A DNA stretch of 64,000 bases from Callorhinchus milii (lineage: Eukaryota): contig NW_024704742.1 in NCBI RefSeq assembly GCF_018977255.1, positions 58,840,001 to 58,904,000 on the forward strand. The letters run 5' to 3'. The position numbers and the translations under genes are program-made. The notes beneath the pieces were generated by a model. It did not search any database and was not told the origin of the DNA. It was given only the letters and a program-made list of their open reading frames with translations. Below, piece by piece: positions 26,437-39,211 of this stretch. The stretch's first letter is position 1, and each line of letters begins with the position of its first letter.

Positions 26437-27912
26437 GTCATGACCCAACTGTATGCAAATCTGACATATTAAGGCAAAAACATTTGCTAATGTCATACAA
26501 GAGGTAAGAAATCTCCACACAAAGCTCACATACAGGTTTGAGGCGTCTAGTAACTAGTTTTCAAATTCATCACAAAAACAACTTGTACATTGTAAAACAA
26601 AACTTTACAGGGAGTTCAAACGAACAGGCTCCCATTGGGTTTTGTAAAGCATTTTGAGACATCCTCTCAATGTAAAGGGGCTTGGTGATAATCACAGACC
26701 ACATAATCTAACAATCAATAATTCCACAAATACAAAACAAAATCAATTGAACTGGTTTCAAGTTCTGATTCATGGCTAAAAGTTCAATTGCACTGTAGCC
26801 AAATCTGCACAATAAAGAAGTACATTATCACACGACTCCAAAGTACAGCAACTGAAGAAGAGGAAATAAACCACGTTATCCCCAGAGGTGCAGCCAACCT
26901 TACATCTACAGAATTCCATTATCCTCTCATTAAATTTAAACTCATAGTTTTGTGGTCACAAAAAAAACACAAACAGATGAACTGATTTTGGAAAAAGTCT
27001 GATGTGTGGACAGGTGGACATTTGGGATATCCCTGGTATTGCTTTGGTTTTGACTTCAAGTCCAGCTGGGCACAACACACCAGGGAATATCCCCCAAGCT
27101 TACAAGAACATAAAATGCAACTCTGACAAACTCCACTGAGTCAAACTACATGAATATGTATTTTCGTTATGGTTTGCAGATTTAGAATAGCACAATTGAT
27201 TTTACCAAAGAGGCAAACATAGGAAAATAAAAGTTCATGAGCCACTAAAGCAAATTGATACAGGAAACCGAGACAACCATTCATAATTGCTGCAAGGAAG
27301 GGAAAACAAAACACCTGTTAATAATTTGCTTCAAGGTATCATTTGCCAAAGTTCTCTCGTTCTCTTTCTCTCCACTGTACGGAGCCACTCATGATAGGAA
27401 ATACAACTTTCTATCAAGGGATGGATATCAATTCTCTATAATAAATCAGTAATGCAACAATTTCCTTGCAGCTAGAAGGGACATAAGGCCTTCATTCAGT
27501 GCAGAACTGAATGATTACCAAATAAAACATCCGATTTATCTCTAAATTCAGATACAGATCTTTGCTGAGAAGAGAGAGGCGATGCACATTTAAACTGTTG
27601 GGGAAAGGACCCGCAAATAAGTGCACCCAATCTGGGATATTAGATCCAAACATTCTGTTAGAGTTTGTTTAAGGGAGTATTTTCTTCATGTAAAATGTTT
27701 AGCAAATGCAGTCTCTGTTAATGAGGCTGGAAATTTGCACCAAGTATGTCACGTGCACATGGTATGATGATATACAGCATTTCATCTCTGCGTCGTTGGG
27801 TTTGTCTACAAGTAAGAAGATATGGCAAAAAATTTGTTCATTATGGTGCCAGTCCTTTAACCACTACACAGAGTCATAGCAGAGATAGTTTATCATGTCA
27901 CATTGCCAAAAT

Positions 27913-28538
27913 AAACAAGACACACTGCCTGAAAATAATTTACTGCACACAGGTTTGTCTGAACTGAACAGTTTTTTTAAAGGTGAAGATAAAAGAGCAG
28001 AATTTAATGACGAACATTATTTTATCTTACTGCACTAAACAGAACATCAAATTTTGACCCAAATGAGAAGAGAAATATTTATGTAGTTCATTTGGATTCT
28101 TTGGTTCATTGCTGTGTGCAAACTGGCTGCTGCGTAAGCCAACAAATACACATTCACTACCCTTTACAGTAAGTGAAATGCTTTTGAGATGTCCTCTCAG
28201 TAGGAAACAAGACACACTTCCTGAAAATAATTGACTTCACACACTTTTAATTTACCTCTGCCGCTCTGCCCCCACCCTCTGAAACTCCATCCCACAGTCC
28301 CTCCACCTCGTCCCCTCCCTTGTTGCCTTCAAGATCCATCTTAAGACCCTCCTCTTCAGCCGTGCTTTCGATCTCCCTGCTTTCCCTCCACCTTGCCCCA
28401 CCCCCAGCTCGGGCCCGAAACTCTGTCTGTCCAGCGATTTGGGATGTCCTCCCGACGTGAAAGACTCTATACAAATGTAATTTTGTTGTTGTTATCTGAA
28501 CTGAACACATTTTTTTTAAAAAGGTGAAGATAAAAGAG
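27913..28538. repeat. Local ~85-bp duplication; second copy split by an L2
   Basis: aaacaagacacact(g/t)cctgaaaataatt...ctgaactgaaca...aaaggtgaagataaaagag at 27913-27997 and at 28205-28244 + 28494-28538. Confidence 0.9.
28255..28493 (+). mobile_element. L2 3' fragment
   Basis: Homologous to 6181-6430 (ccttcaagatccatcttaagaccctcctcttc); (TTG)n tail. Confidence 0.9.
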
Positions 28539-28609
28539 GGAAAGTCACCTTAACAAATGCAAAGATTATCATTCAAGAAAGAGAAGGGGAGGAGCGTGGG
28601 GTGGTGGGG

Positions 28610-28828
28610 GGGATGGGTCCTGATGTCCTGGCCAAAAACTCACCAGATAAAATAGATCATTCACTTCATGGCAGTTTGTGGCACATTGCTGTGCACAAAT
28701 CAGCTGCTAAGTTCGCCCACAAAAGTCACTACCCTTTACAGTATGTCCTTTGAAGGGCTTTCAGACATCCTCGAGACATAAAAAGCGCAATATCAAGTGC
28801 AAGGAATATTATTATTATTATTATTATT
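28610..28828 (+). mobile_element. Deu-SINE 3' half
   Basis: gatgtcctggccaa...cattgctgtgcacaaat...gcaaggaatattattattatt. Confidence 0.8.
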
Positions 28829-29499
28829 TTAACATGGTAACTTAAAAAAGCCACACATTTACAAATATTGTCTGTTTCTACTGATTTGAAGCCTCCCCAG
28901 ATATTTCCATATTTCCATTTCTCATTTATGAAAGGTCGTGAAGTTAAATGAAAAGTCCCCTTACCAGCTGAATAAAACAGCATAGCAGAGACTTGAGCAT
29001 ACATTTCGTTCACCCATGTGGGACATCTGTTGATACCACTGTGTATATCAATTGTTCCCTTGTAACAATTAACCTATATTTTGCCTGAATTGCCAACAAC
29101 GACATGATCAGACAGCGCTGAAGTCTTCCTAGATTCAGACGCTGCTGTACATTGGTCTGATATGACATGTCTCAGAAATCCTTAAACGTCTTCGCCAAAC
29201 GTCTTCGCTCACATTGTTGTAACCGGAGGGTACAACATGACACATTTATTGAACTGTGTTTGCACAAAGGGAGGCAGATCATATGGAGTTATTATGTCCT
29301 CAATTTTTAATTTCCTGCTTTGGCACAACCGATCCTTCTCCCTGAGGCATTTCCACATCGCCTCGCTGACAATTGTCAGAATGGCATTTGGTTATGTACT
29401 GGCTTCTGGCAATGTCTCCTACATGTGACATTACCCATACAGACCTGTTTTAGAGATTGTGCCAACAGTTCCTCACAGTCATTTAGTTCCTCATAGCTA

Positions 29500-29830
29500 T
29501 GCTGACACCCCAATGCAGTGCTGGAGGAGTACTCCATTGTCACAGCTGCCATCCTTCAGATTGGATCTTAAACTGATGTCTTAGGTGGATGTTAAAGATC
29601 CCATGGCACTGAATTGAAAAGTGTTGCGATTTTCTCCTGGTATCTTGGCCAACAATCCTCCAGATAAAACTGGTCATTCATTTCACAGGTGTTTGCTGGA
29701 CATTGCTATGCACCAACTGACTGCCAGAATTGCAGATCAATGCACAGTCACTGCACTTTACAGGAAATTCTGTGAAGTGTTTTGAGTCGTTATGACAACA
29801 GGATATATCAAATACGAAAAATATAATACT
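29500..29830 (+). mobile_element. Deu-SINE
   Basis: gctgacaccccaatgcagtg...ggtggatgttaaagatcccatggcact...cttggccaacaatcc. Confidence 0.8.
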
Positions 29831-31329
29831 CATATGTCTTAACATGTGTTGTATTTTTGGTTTTAAGTTTCTCCCTCCCTGCTCTAAAATAATAGAAACC
29901 AGATATACAATTTAGCAACTAGATTTTTTTTAAAAGAAGGATATTATTTAATCAAAAACGATAACCGCACTTTGAAGCCAGTTTAAATTAATAAGCGGGA
30001 ACAGGCACCACCTTAAATTTAGATCTTTAGAATTAAAATGCACTGTCGCCTAGTGAAATGACAAAACTCTAAACTAGCTTTACAAAGACAATTGTGCAAT
30101 GATGTCATCCATGAACAATGTGAAAACTGCCAAGGTTACATATTTGTTAATTTCAAATTAAAATTGAGCTGATAAACCCTTAATATTGCAGGAGATTTTG
30201 TATCTGTTGTGTCACACCATTAGCACAGTACAATATGTTTGCTTTACAATGGATTCACCTGCCTGACAATTCCCAAGTACGGAGACAAAGCTCCATGAAG
30301 ATGCACTCAATTATCTTTTCCATTTACAGAAAGCACTTATCAAGCAGTTCGGAAACATAGGTATTAAAGATAGAACTCGATTGACTTCGAAATAGCCTCA
30401 CAATCACCATTAAAAAATGGAAAACACACCCTAAATCCCTACTTGCATATAGTTTATCTCATTTAATTTCACCCTTCAAAAGGTAGGATCTGAAGTATAA
30501 AAACAACACTAAATGAGCTTTGCCAGAAGTTCTAACAGATGGGTTCATGGATGACAACATCCAGATCTTAAACACTGGATTCTGGGTTTTACACCACTTT
30601 ATCTGATTTAGTGCCAAATGCAAATGGAATTAATGTATCATTCAGTTCGTACTTTCTTCTATGTTGTGCTGTGTTCTTTCACAATCTGGTGCTTTGGTGA
30701 GCTTCTGTGAACTGGAGTTATGATTCAGATCAGTACTGGATTTCACTTTGCAGCACTGCAAACAGGCAGTGCTAAATACAGAGGAAAAACAACTGTATCC
30801 AAGAAATCACAGCAATCTGAATGATTTTCCTCACTATGTCAGGTCATCCAATGATGCAATCAACGTGTGTGTATATTGGGGAGGGTTAGAGAAAGATGAG
30901 GCTGAACGTCCTTACCCCATCCGATGGGGTAATGAAACCAGGCTTCTCCCCTGGAATTTCTCCAGATCTAGCCTGTGCTCTGCAGCTCCCTCCAGGCTCC
31001 ATTCACAATCTAACTAATAGACGCACAAGGTCCAACTGCTTTAACCAATTTGTCAAACCTGCTCAATTAAGGCACGGCTTGCTGAACAGCTGAATGGTTC
31101 ACACATACTGTGATGTGGAGAGGAGCAATCCTCTAGTAGTGTCTAGAAGACCTGGGAATCTCAAAGAGGGAAGGTTCATGAAAATAAATGGTCAACAATT
31201 GGAAGGTCCACAACAAACAACAAAGGTATCCTAATAACAGAGGCTGTCATTCTCCACCCACCTGCCATCTTTTACATGTCAAATTAGGTTTGCAACTCTG
31301 TAAACTTAAATGAGGCTCCAATTTCATCC

Positions 31330-31525
31330 CTTATTTCCTCTGCTGCTGGTTTCACAGACCCTGCTGCTCTCCTGTATCTCACTTGGTGACCTTTATTCAT
31401 GTCCGAGTTCAGCCAGTGAATATCAGCAAGCTATTTGACTGTAGGAGGCAGCAGAGCCTTGTCCAATAGGTCACTCACATACAGGCACTTTCCAGGTGGT
31501 GTCCAAGTAAACAGTATTCAGGAGT
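31330..31525 (-). mobile_element. Very old SINE-like fragment
   Basis: ttcatgtccgagttcagccagtgaatatcagcaagctatttgactgt, shared with the 35945 and 44250 copies. Confidence 0.5.
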
Positions 31526-32829
31526 GCCTAAACCAAATCCGTACATATTGTATAAATAATAAATAAATATCCTTGCATTTGATATAGCACCTTATCATTT
31601 TGTCGCAATGTCTCAAAGTGCTTCACAGAATATACTGTAAAGTGTAGTGACTGTGTTTTGTGGGCAAAATGCACTTACGCCCTGGGACATCTTTCTGACG
31701 TGAAGGGCGCAAGACAAATGTAATTCATTGCTGTTGTTGCTCGGATGTCCCACCTTTAAAGCCCATCACGTTTTTTGGGGATCCTCAGACATCTATCTTT
31801 CACCCGTTACAGACCCTTTCCTTCATGCAACTGAACTGTATGAATCTGGGTTTGCAGCTCAGTTAATTGCGCCTATTACAAAAATAAAGCTCTGAGTAAA
31901 AATGTATGTTAACTTGAAATATGGGCACAATTTGCTTTGAAATAAAAAAACCCTCTCAAACTGTTCGCTTGACACTTTCCCAGTCCCACTGTTTATTTTT
32001 ATGCAGATGGCGAAATCAAATTACATAAATACTGTCAGGAACTGCAATCCCCTAATGTATTGGTTTTCCTAAAAAACAATTTTTCCCCCCAAAATAATTT
32101 TTTTCTTGCTGATGTATTGCAACAGCTGGATGCAACCTGACTGGAAGATTAAGTTCTGCAGTTAAGTTAAACACGTATAACCCACTGACTACTTGTGCCA
32201 AGGGATTTTAATGCAGTACAGCTAAGTTACTGTATACCAGAATTCAGTGATACTGTACTGAAATACAGGGAGGCGTCTCATTATATTGCTGTAAACTAAA
32301 TAAGCCTTGGAAGCAATCAATCCCTTTCAGGACTGACAATAACTATGATGGATGGAGGTGCGTACAACACAAATAACGCCAGAGTAAGAATGCAAACCAC
32401 ATGCTGGATAAAGAACCGGTTATGTTCAATATAGGAACTACACTTTCTGCCTTTGCCTTCGATGAAAAGGGCAAAAAAAAGTTTCAAATGATTACAATAA
32501 TTCTACTTAAATAAATAACCTCACCTATGAATAAGCCATGTCTCCACTTTCATACCTTTCCCAGATAAACCTCCATGGACAAAATTTAACTCTGTTTCAT
32601 GTCGCTTAGCTCTGAGAATGCTGTCTCCAGCTATACATTCCCCTCCCCCCCTCACTCATCTATACAAATAAGGACTGTGCTGGTAAAGCCCATTCATTCA
32701 TGCAGATTCAAAAATTCTGCTTTGTACGCACAGACGTCGTCTAAGTTAATAATGGCTCAGTGAGTTCAAACCAGCTTAAAAACAAAATTTGGCAAACCAT
32801 GCCAATAAAAATAAGCAGACTCTCATCTT

Positions 32830-33205
32830 GGTCCAATGCATCACATGGTGCGATACTGTGATTGCGTAAAGATTAAGATGGTCCCAGGTGTCATTGCCTG
32901 TCCAATGTTGAGTTAGCTGAGCACAGCAATCGGCACCTATAATTAGTCTCAATGTTAGAGCAGTTAGGGAAGAGAAAAATCAAATTGAAGTTTCCATTTC
33001 TCATCACCAACCTCTGCTAGAAACTACATTCATGTAGCTGTTAGGTAAAGCCGCAGACCCTGTTTTGACTGCAGCATCCATCCCGGTTGAATGACAGTCC
33101 ACACAATCACCTCCTTGGCTCAACATGTGAATAAACAGCCACATCGGCACGTTAGCACAAGTCTATCACAGGAGAGTGTGGAACCATTCCAGGGGAAAGG
33201 AGAAC
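32830..33205 (+). mobile_element. Very old SINE-like element, near full length
   Basis: ggtcccagg...tgttgagttagctga...gttagggaagagaaaaatca...ggctcaacatgtgaa...aggggaaaggagaa. Confidence 0.55.
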
Positions 33206-34159
33206 ATTGCCGCACATCACAATGTGAAGTGAGCTGTCAGCAGTAGTTTTCCTTCTGAAGCCAACCATTGAAAGATTCCATCAGATAAGAAAATGCACCC
33301 AAAACAACTCAGTAGAACCAGATTTCAATGTTTTCTCATCTACTCTTAGTGTTAAACTGCAAATTAAAAAGTGCAACCATGCATATTGGCCTTTTCTGCA
33401 AGGCACCAATAACATCTTTTGTGCTCATTTTCCATCCTTGGGTGCCCTCAACTTATCAGCCATTTTATCCTGGTGTCAAATGGAAGACTACATTAAGCAA
33501 ATTAAAGCCGTGCTTACAAGGAGTCTGCTCACAAATTGCAGATCATTTTATACCACGGACTAACTGACATTTAACTACTCTACATTGGAAGTTGCCTCTT
33601 ACAGATAATTTCTGTGAAGCTACGATGCATTTTGGAAACGAGTCTTGCACAGACTCCCAACTCAGGGTCAACAGTATTGCAACAGACAAAAAAGAATTGT
33701 TAAGACTGTGGCTTCCAATGAAAACACTTTGCCATTATTAAAACATTGAAGGAGGTGAATGTAACTGTGATACTTATTTAAGCCAGATGTAGACTTTTGG
33801 CAGGAACCCGTGACCTGTCAAAATTAATACGAAAAATGCAAAGCAAAAAAAACATAAGTGTAATGCGATTCAGTCGTTCACGGAGTCACACAAACTGATA
33901 TACAAAGTTTAGAAAAGATGAGAATTCTGACAGTCTAAGCAATGACGCTGGTTGAATTTTACTGCATATGACAGAATGAGACCCCAGAGAACAGAAAAAA
34001 ATCAACTTCACGTTTAGAATGGTCAGCCAGGCTCCCATGAAAGTGCAGAGAGTGGGGACGAACCAATCTCTCCACCAAGAAAAAGGTACAGTTAAAGGGT
34101 TCCATCCCAGGTCACACTTGTTACTTCCGAGCAGCAGAACACAGAGAGTGACAGAGGGC

Positions 34160-34690
34160 TGAAAACAAGGCAGATAAAGCTCACTAGCTCCAACAAGTTT
34201 GTCCCATTTTTGATTGATGTCAACTCCAGCAACCTACTTCTTGAATCTTTCAACCCTTCACTCTCAAGAAATGCTTGCAGTTTCCTGGCTCTTGAATTAA
34301 TTCATATTATCCACTTCAATGGTCTTCTCTGGTGAATTATTTCACAAATCTATTACCCTTTGTGCAAAAAAGTTCTGTCTACCTTCTAATTTTTAAATCT
34401 TAGATCTCAAAGAGGTGTATACAACTTTAATTGGGATTGAAAAAGTAAACTCAGAACAATACAATGCATCAATGCAGTAGAACACAAGGACATAGATTTA
34501 GAGCTGCAAAGGGCAATTTCAAGACAGATACCAGAGAGTAATGAATGAGTGGAGAAGATTGCCAGGAAGGGAAGACCAGGATATTGGACTCATTTAAAAA
34601 AAGAGCTTGATGCTGTCTGGGAGAATGGTAGGATGGATATTCTGGAAGTATGAGTTCAAATGGGTCCAAGGGCTTTTGTTGTATGTAATT
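34160..34690. mobile_element. Two diverged CR1 3' fragments in opposite orientation (about 34160-34400 minus, 34478-34690 plus)
   Basis: agaacacaaggacatagattta...tcatttaaaaaaagagcttgatg on plus strand; ctattaccctttgtgcaaaaaagtt on minus strand. Confidence 0.5.
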
Positions 34691-35944
34691 TTGTTTCTAT
34701 TTAATTCTAAAATGTGTTGCTAAATAGCACCTAGCATTGGGAGTGAGAATGTGATCTGATCTTGCCCCCATCCCAGCATCCCCTCACAGACTTTCTCATG
34801 CTCCCCAATTATTATATAAGCCAAATTGTTCCTTTGACTCAGATCAGCTAACTCAGCACAGACTGAATCAAATCAGGTTCCTTCTGTTCTGTATGATTAT
34901 TTGCAGTTTTTTTATTACAGCTTTTAGGGGTTGGGAGAACGGGGAGGTTCACTTTCTGGTTCCACCAATTGGGTGAAAGGTTGAAAACACCCTAAACCTA
35001 AACCATCTCAATTTCCTTTGCATTGTGAACGAGCCATGCATTCTTTTCCTCTTCCTGGCTCCTTGCTGCACAACTTTTAAGATGAGCTCCGATTGCTGCA
35101 AACAAATGGTACACTTCGACTACAGTAAATTGCTTGCTAAATGAGATGTTTAAACGAATGGCTTGTAACTCCTCATTCCAAACACTGGGCAGATGGGCAG
35201 CAAACGCAGCAGCCATATGTGCAGCAAGTGGGCCGATGGTATTTGATAGGAAAGGAACCCTCCCATCTCTGCCACTGGCTGCCTCATTCGTCATGCCATA
35301 TTGAACCTCTTTAAAGCAAAATGAGAACCATTTTCCTTCAGGAAACAGATGTTTGCAGTAAGTGCAGCAACAGGACAAAATCTCATCTGGAGCGGCTCCG
35401 TTTAAAACCAAAGCTGCCTCTGCTACAGCAATTCTGCAACCTTACACACCAAAGCCCTTCCTCAAGTGTGTCTGGAGTTACCCACAACCAAACAACCCCC
35501 AGCCCTCCTGCTTTCCAGTGCTTGCATATTTCTGTCATTACTGAATGATTACTCAAACTTGTCTGCGTGCTTTTACAAGATATGGAATCCATGCATTTGG
35601 CGTTACTCTCCCAATTTGCACAAGAAGTACAGAGTGGAAAGATGATAGCAACATCTGTTAAGCCAGGTACATGCTGGGAAGCTGTCAATCTCCGTCAGCT
35701 TCCTTGAACAAGGTTAGAAAGAGCACTTATACCTAGGTGACCTTTGGGGTAGGTTGTGGAAAAATATACTCGTCAATCACAAAAGAATATTCCTAACAAC
35801 TGGTTTCAAAATTGATAATCCAATAATTACACACAGGAATGTACAAGGCCGGAAAAGGGCCACTGCAATACATCTGGATGGCATCCATCCTGAAGTAAAA
35901 AAAACATTTAATCGTTACTTTTTTGGCCAAATTTTTTCTTTCCT

Positions 35945-36120
35945 ACTTCCTGTAAGGTAGCAACATATGCTGCAGTGCACTGCCAGAAAGCCTCTGGACT
36001 GTACCTCATTTAAACAGCTATTCTTTATGTCTGAGCCTAGGCAGTGAGTGCTGGCAAGCCATTTGTCTGTGGGAGAAAAACACAGCCGGCTCAATACAGT
36101 CTGACTGGATGGTTACACAT
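35945..36120 (-). mobile_element. Very old SINE-like fragment
   Basis: tattctttatgtctgagcctaggcagtgagtgctggcaagccatttg. Confidence 0.5.
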
Positions 36121-36121
36121 G

Positions 36122-36275
36122 CAGGGGTCAAAATTGCGGCATGCAATACTATCATCAGGGATAATCATCACATTGACCAAATGCAGTTAAAGGTAGTCAA
36201 TAGTTATCCCTGGGGTGAAGCTTGCCTCTCCCTGCCCCCCAGTAATGATAATGCATTCTGCAATTTTGACTGCTG
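36122..36275. mobile_element. MITE-like palindromic element
   Basis: Left CAGGGGTCAAAATTGCGGCATGCA vs reverse complement of right CAGCAGTCAAAATTGCAGAATGCA; internal pairs CAGGGATAA/TTATCCCTG and ATTGAC/GTCAAT. Confidence 0.65.
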
Positions 36276-39211
36276 AATTCCCTACTTCCTATCAGCAGAG
36301 AGCACCTACTTTGTTTCACTCCAAGGAACTTCTTAAGTTTGTTTTCTCACATCTTCCCACAGAAATAATAACTGATTGTGTGTAGATAATTAACAGTACA
36401 AACCCTCATTGTTTTCTTCTCTATGGCATTGTGTGGTATTTTTACAGACGTCAGACACTCATTTGATAAAGAGCTTGCAGCTGTTGCAGACCGACTGCTT
36501 CTGAGATTCTCTCTCCCTCAGACACTGAACATTGTGTCTGAGAGCAGGCTGACATCTCCACTGGACGTAACACAGCAGCACTCAAATATCACTCACTGAA
36601 TCACTTGTTGATACACAGTTTGCTCGCACTCTTATTTTCAGTGGATTATGCTTTGTGGGCAGTTCTGACTGAGCAGCAGCGAGACTGAGTGTTTAAATGT
36701 AAAAGGGAAATATATATTTTTCATGAGGTGGAGGCATCCTATGCAGTTATTAAGCCTTTCCCATCCTTAGGGGAGCTGTTCTGAAAGACCAGACAGCCAT
36801 ACTTTTGTAGGTATTTAACCATCGGCTTCACAAACTTCCTTGTACATAGTTATTTTAAAAATGTAAATCAAAGAGAGCTCCCTGAAAAGCAGCCCACAAA
36901 TCATGTTGCTGAAGTTTTCCTGACACCTTCAACAATCTTGAAGTTGAGATAAAAGAGCATCAATGGTTTAAATACAAAGTGAGGTTTTCTCCCCCCCCCA
37001 TCGCCATGAACAATCCTCTGGGCATTCGATAAAAGATGTTTTAAAATCTGCCTCAGTGTTTTTACTTGTGTGCAAAATGAATCAGAATGGGGAGGATAAT
37101 GGAAAAGAAGGTTCCATTAAAGCTCAGAGAGTAGCAGGGGCCAATAATGGTCAGACTGGTGGTCAGAGACTGGTAGGGGTCACTCATGGTTGTGCAGTAT
37201 GCTGACTCTTCTCAGTATTGTTCAGTGTGCTGCGCTGGTGCCAGTATGGTTTTGTTCTATTATATCCTCCCTCCAAAAAACTGAGTTTGCAATCTCAGCT
37301 CCATTGTCAGAAGCAGTTTACCCTAGCGGGAGAGTGACTGGGGACTGGTGGACGAGCGACCATCAACACAGCTTCAGTTTATTCCACAACAGGGGCTTTG
37401 TATATTATTAATCAGTTCTGTTCTCATTTCTCTCAAGCAGAGGAGTGCGTTTTCCTCCATTTGATGAAATATAGACATACGATTGAAATGAATAATAACT
37501 GAATTGGATTCTGGTTGAACGAGAATCTCTGAGGGAAAGCTGCACAGAACAAAGGAAACAAGAATATTTATCACCGACAATTGGTGGCAGTGTGCAGTCA
37601 GTCAATTTATTTTGGCGTAAAAATGTGGCAATCATTTTGTTAGATCTGCAGAATGTGCTTTTGAAAATGGGTTTAACCAGTAGGGGGTAATGACTCTTAG
37701 AAAAGTACATTTTCATGGAACACAGAAGTTAATTTAGATATGAATTAATATCAACTATCTTGTCTGCTCAGACCCCAGTTTGAGCCTTGTAAGACCGCCA
37801 AAGCTTTCGATTTCAAATACATTTCTGTCTGATTGACTGGAAATCAACTACCTAGTGCACATTACGATAGCAAAACACTAATGAGATCAATTTTTGGCAA
37901 ATTAAAAATATATTTTGTGCAACAAATGCTCTGTAAAGGATATAAAAAGCCAGGCTCCACTGGAGTGCTTGAGACCATTATATATTCTGCTGGTAATCAC
38001 AACCTGTGGGAACATTCGTTGCTAGATTTTCTGAATGATGTAATCCACTGATATCTGAGCCACCAAAACCTGAAATCTATGGCTAACAGGAAGCATCCTC
38101 GATGGCTCAATGGGTAAGTGCACCACGAGGGGTGGTGACTAATTCAAACAAACACAATCCCAATTTAATCCTTGCACTGCACAGAATTGGCCAGTATCAA
38201 TCAGGATAATTGCAGAATAGATGCAAATGCCCCAAGTGTTCAAAGACCAAAAACAATATAACATTGACCGAGCTGCCAGCCCTTACATAATCACTATTCA
38301 GCACCCACTCTTCCACACTATTTTTGGGGCTTGCTCCATATATCCACTGGTTATGTAAGCAAAAGGTCAAGCTCTTCCAATAGTTTGGTTGGGAAGTTCA
38401 CTGCCCAAGAGGAAACTAAGCCACAGAATCAGGAAGACCACAGACTACTGGAAGAAAATTGTGTGGGGACATCACGAAGGACAGGATCAAGCCTGGAGAT
38501 GATGCACTTACATGAAGAATGGTTACTGTCTAAGCTTACTGATAAACAATCATGCAAGGTATTAGAGATGGCTGGCACCTGTGGAAACATTCCAACATGC
38601 ATCAATGTCAGCAGAGGATAGGAGAGTTATTAAAGAATCCCATTAAGAAATAAGACAAATTAGACTCTACAGAATGACAGTGATAATGACCCTATGGAAT
38701 GATAGTGAATGAACTGGGACATAATTCACAGTGACACTGGGAGAATGGAACTCATTAGATCAATGGGTGAGCGTGTTAGAGTGCTTTGTTTTCTCACAAG
38801 CCTACTTTCCTGTATCCTACTGTTCCCGTCAGCAATTTAATATACTCACAAGCTATGAAAGAACAACACTGAAGTATGTATACAATTTTATAGTTTCAAG
38901 TGCTGCCGATTACCAGCTTCATCAGCATTCTTCTAGGGTACAGAACAAAGTAGAAACCACTCCCCTGTAACAAGGACTGTAGCTGCACAGGTGATGAAAT
39001 GGAGAAGAGGTGATGTCTGCTTTTAATAATCCTTATATTTAATACAGAGCCTTTCATGTTGAAACGTGGTTCACAGGTAACTGCTGTCAAGTGTAGTAAC
39101 TGTATGTAGAGGCAAAAGTGGCAGCAATTACAGCATTTTTATTAACAGCTATTTACCAATCCATGTCTGCCAGCTTTTTTACATAAATGTTGTGGGTTAA
39201 ATGGTGCATTA

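Noticed and set aside
34998..35411. 137-aa minus-strand ORF
   Set aside because: No recognisable homology or exon boundaries; more plausibly non-coding.
36448..36566. Plus-strand exon candidate (DVRHSFDKELAAVADRLLLRF...) containing a 9-bp hairpin
   Set aside because: Weak donor (GAC|gtaaca), unrecognised peptide; hairpin within chance.
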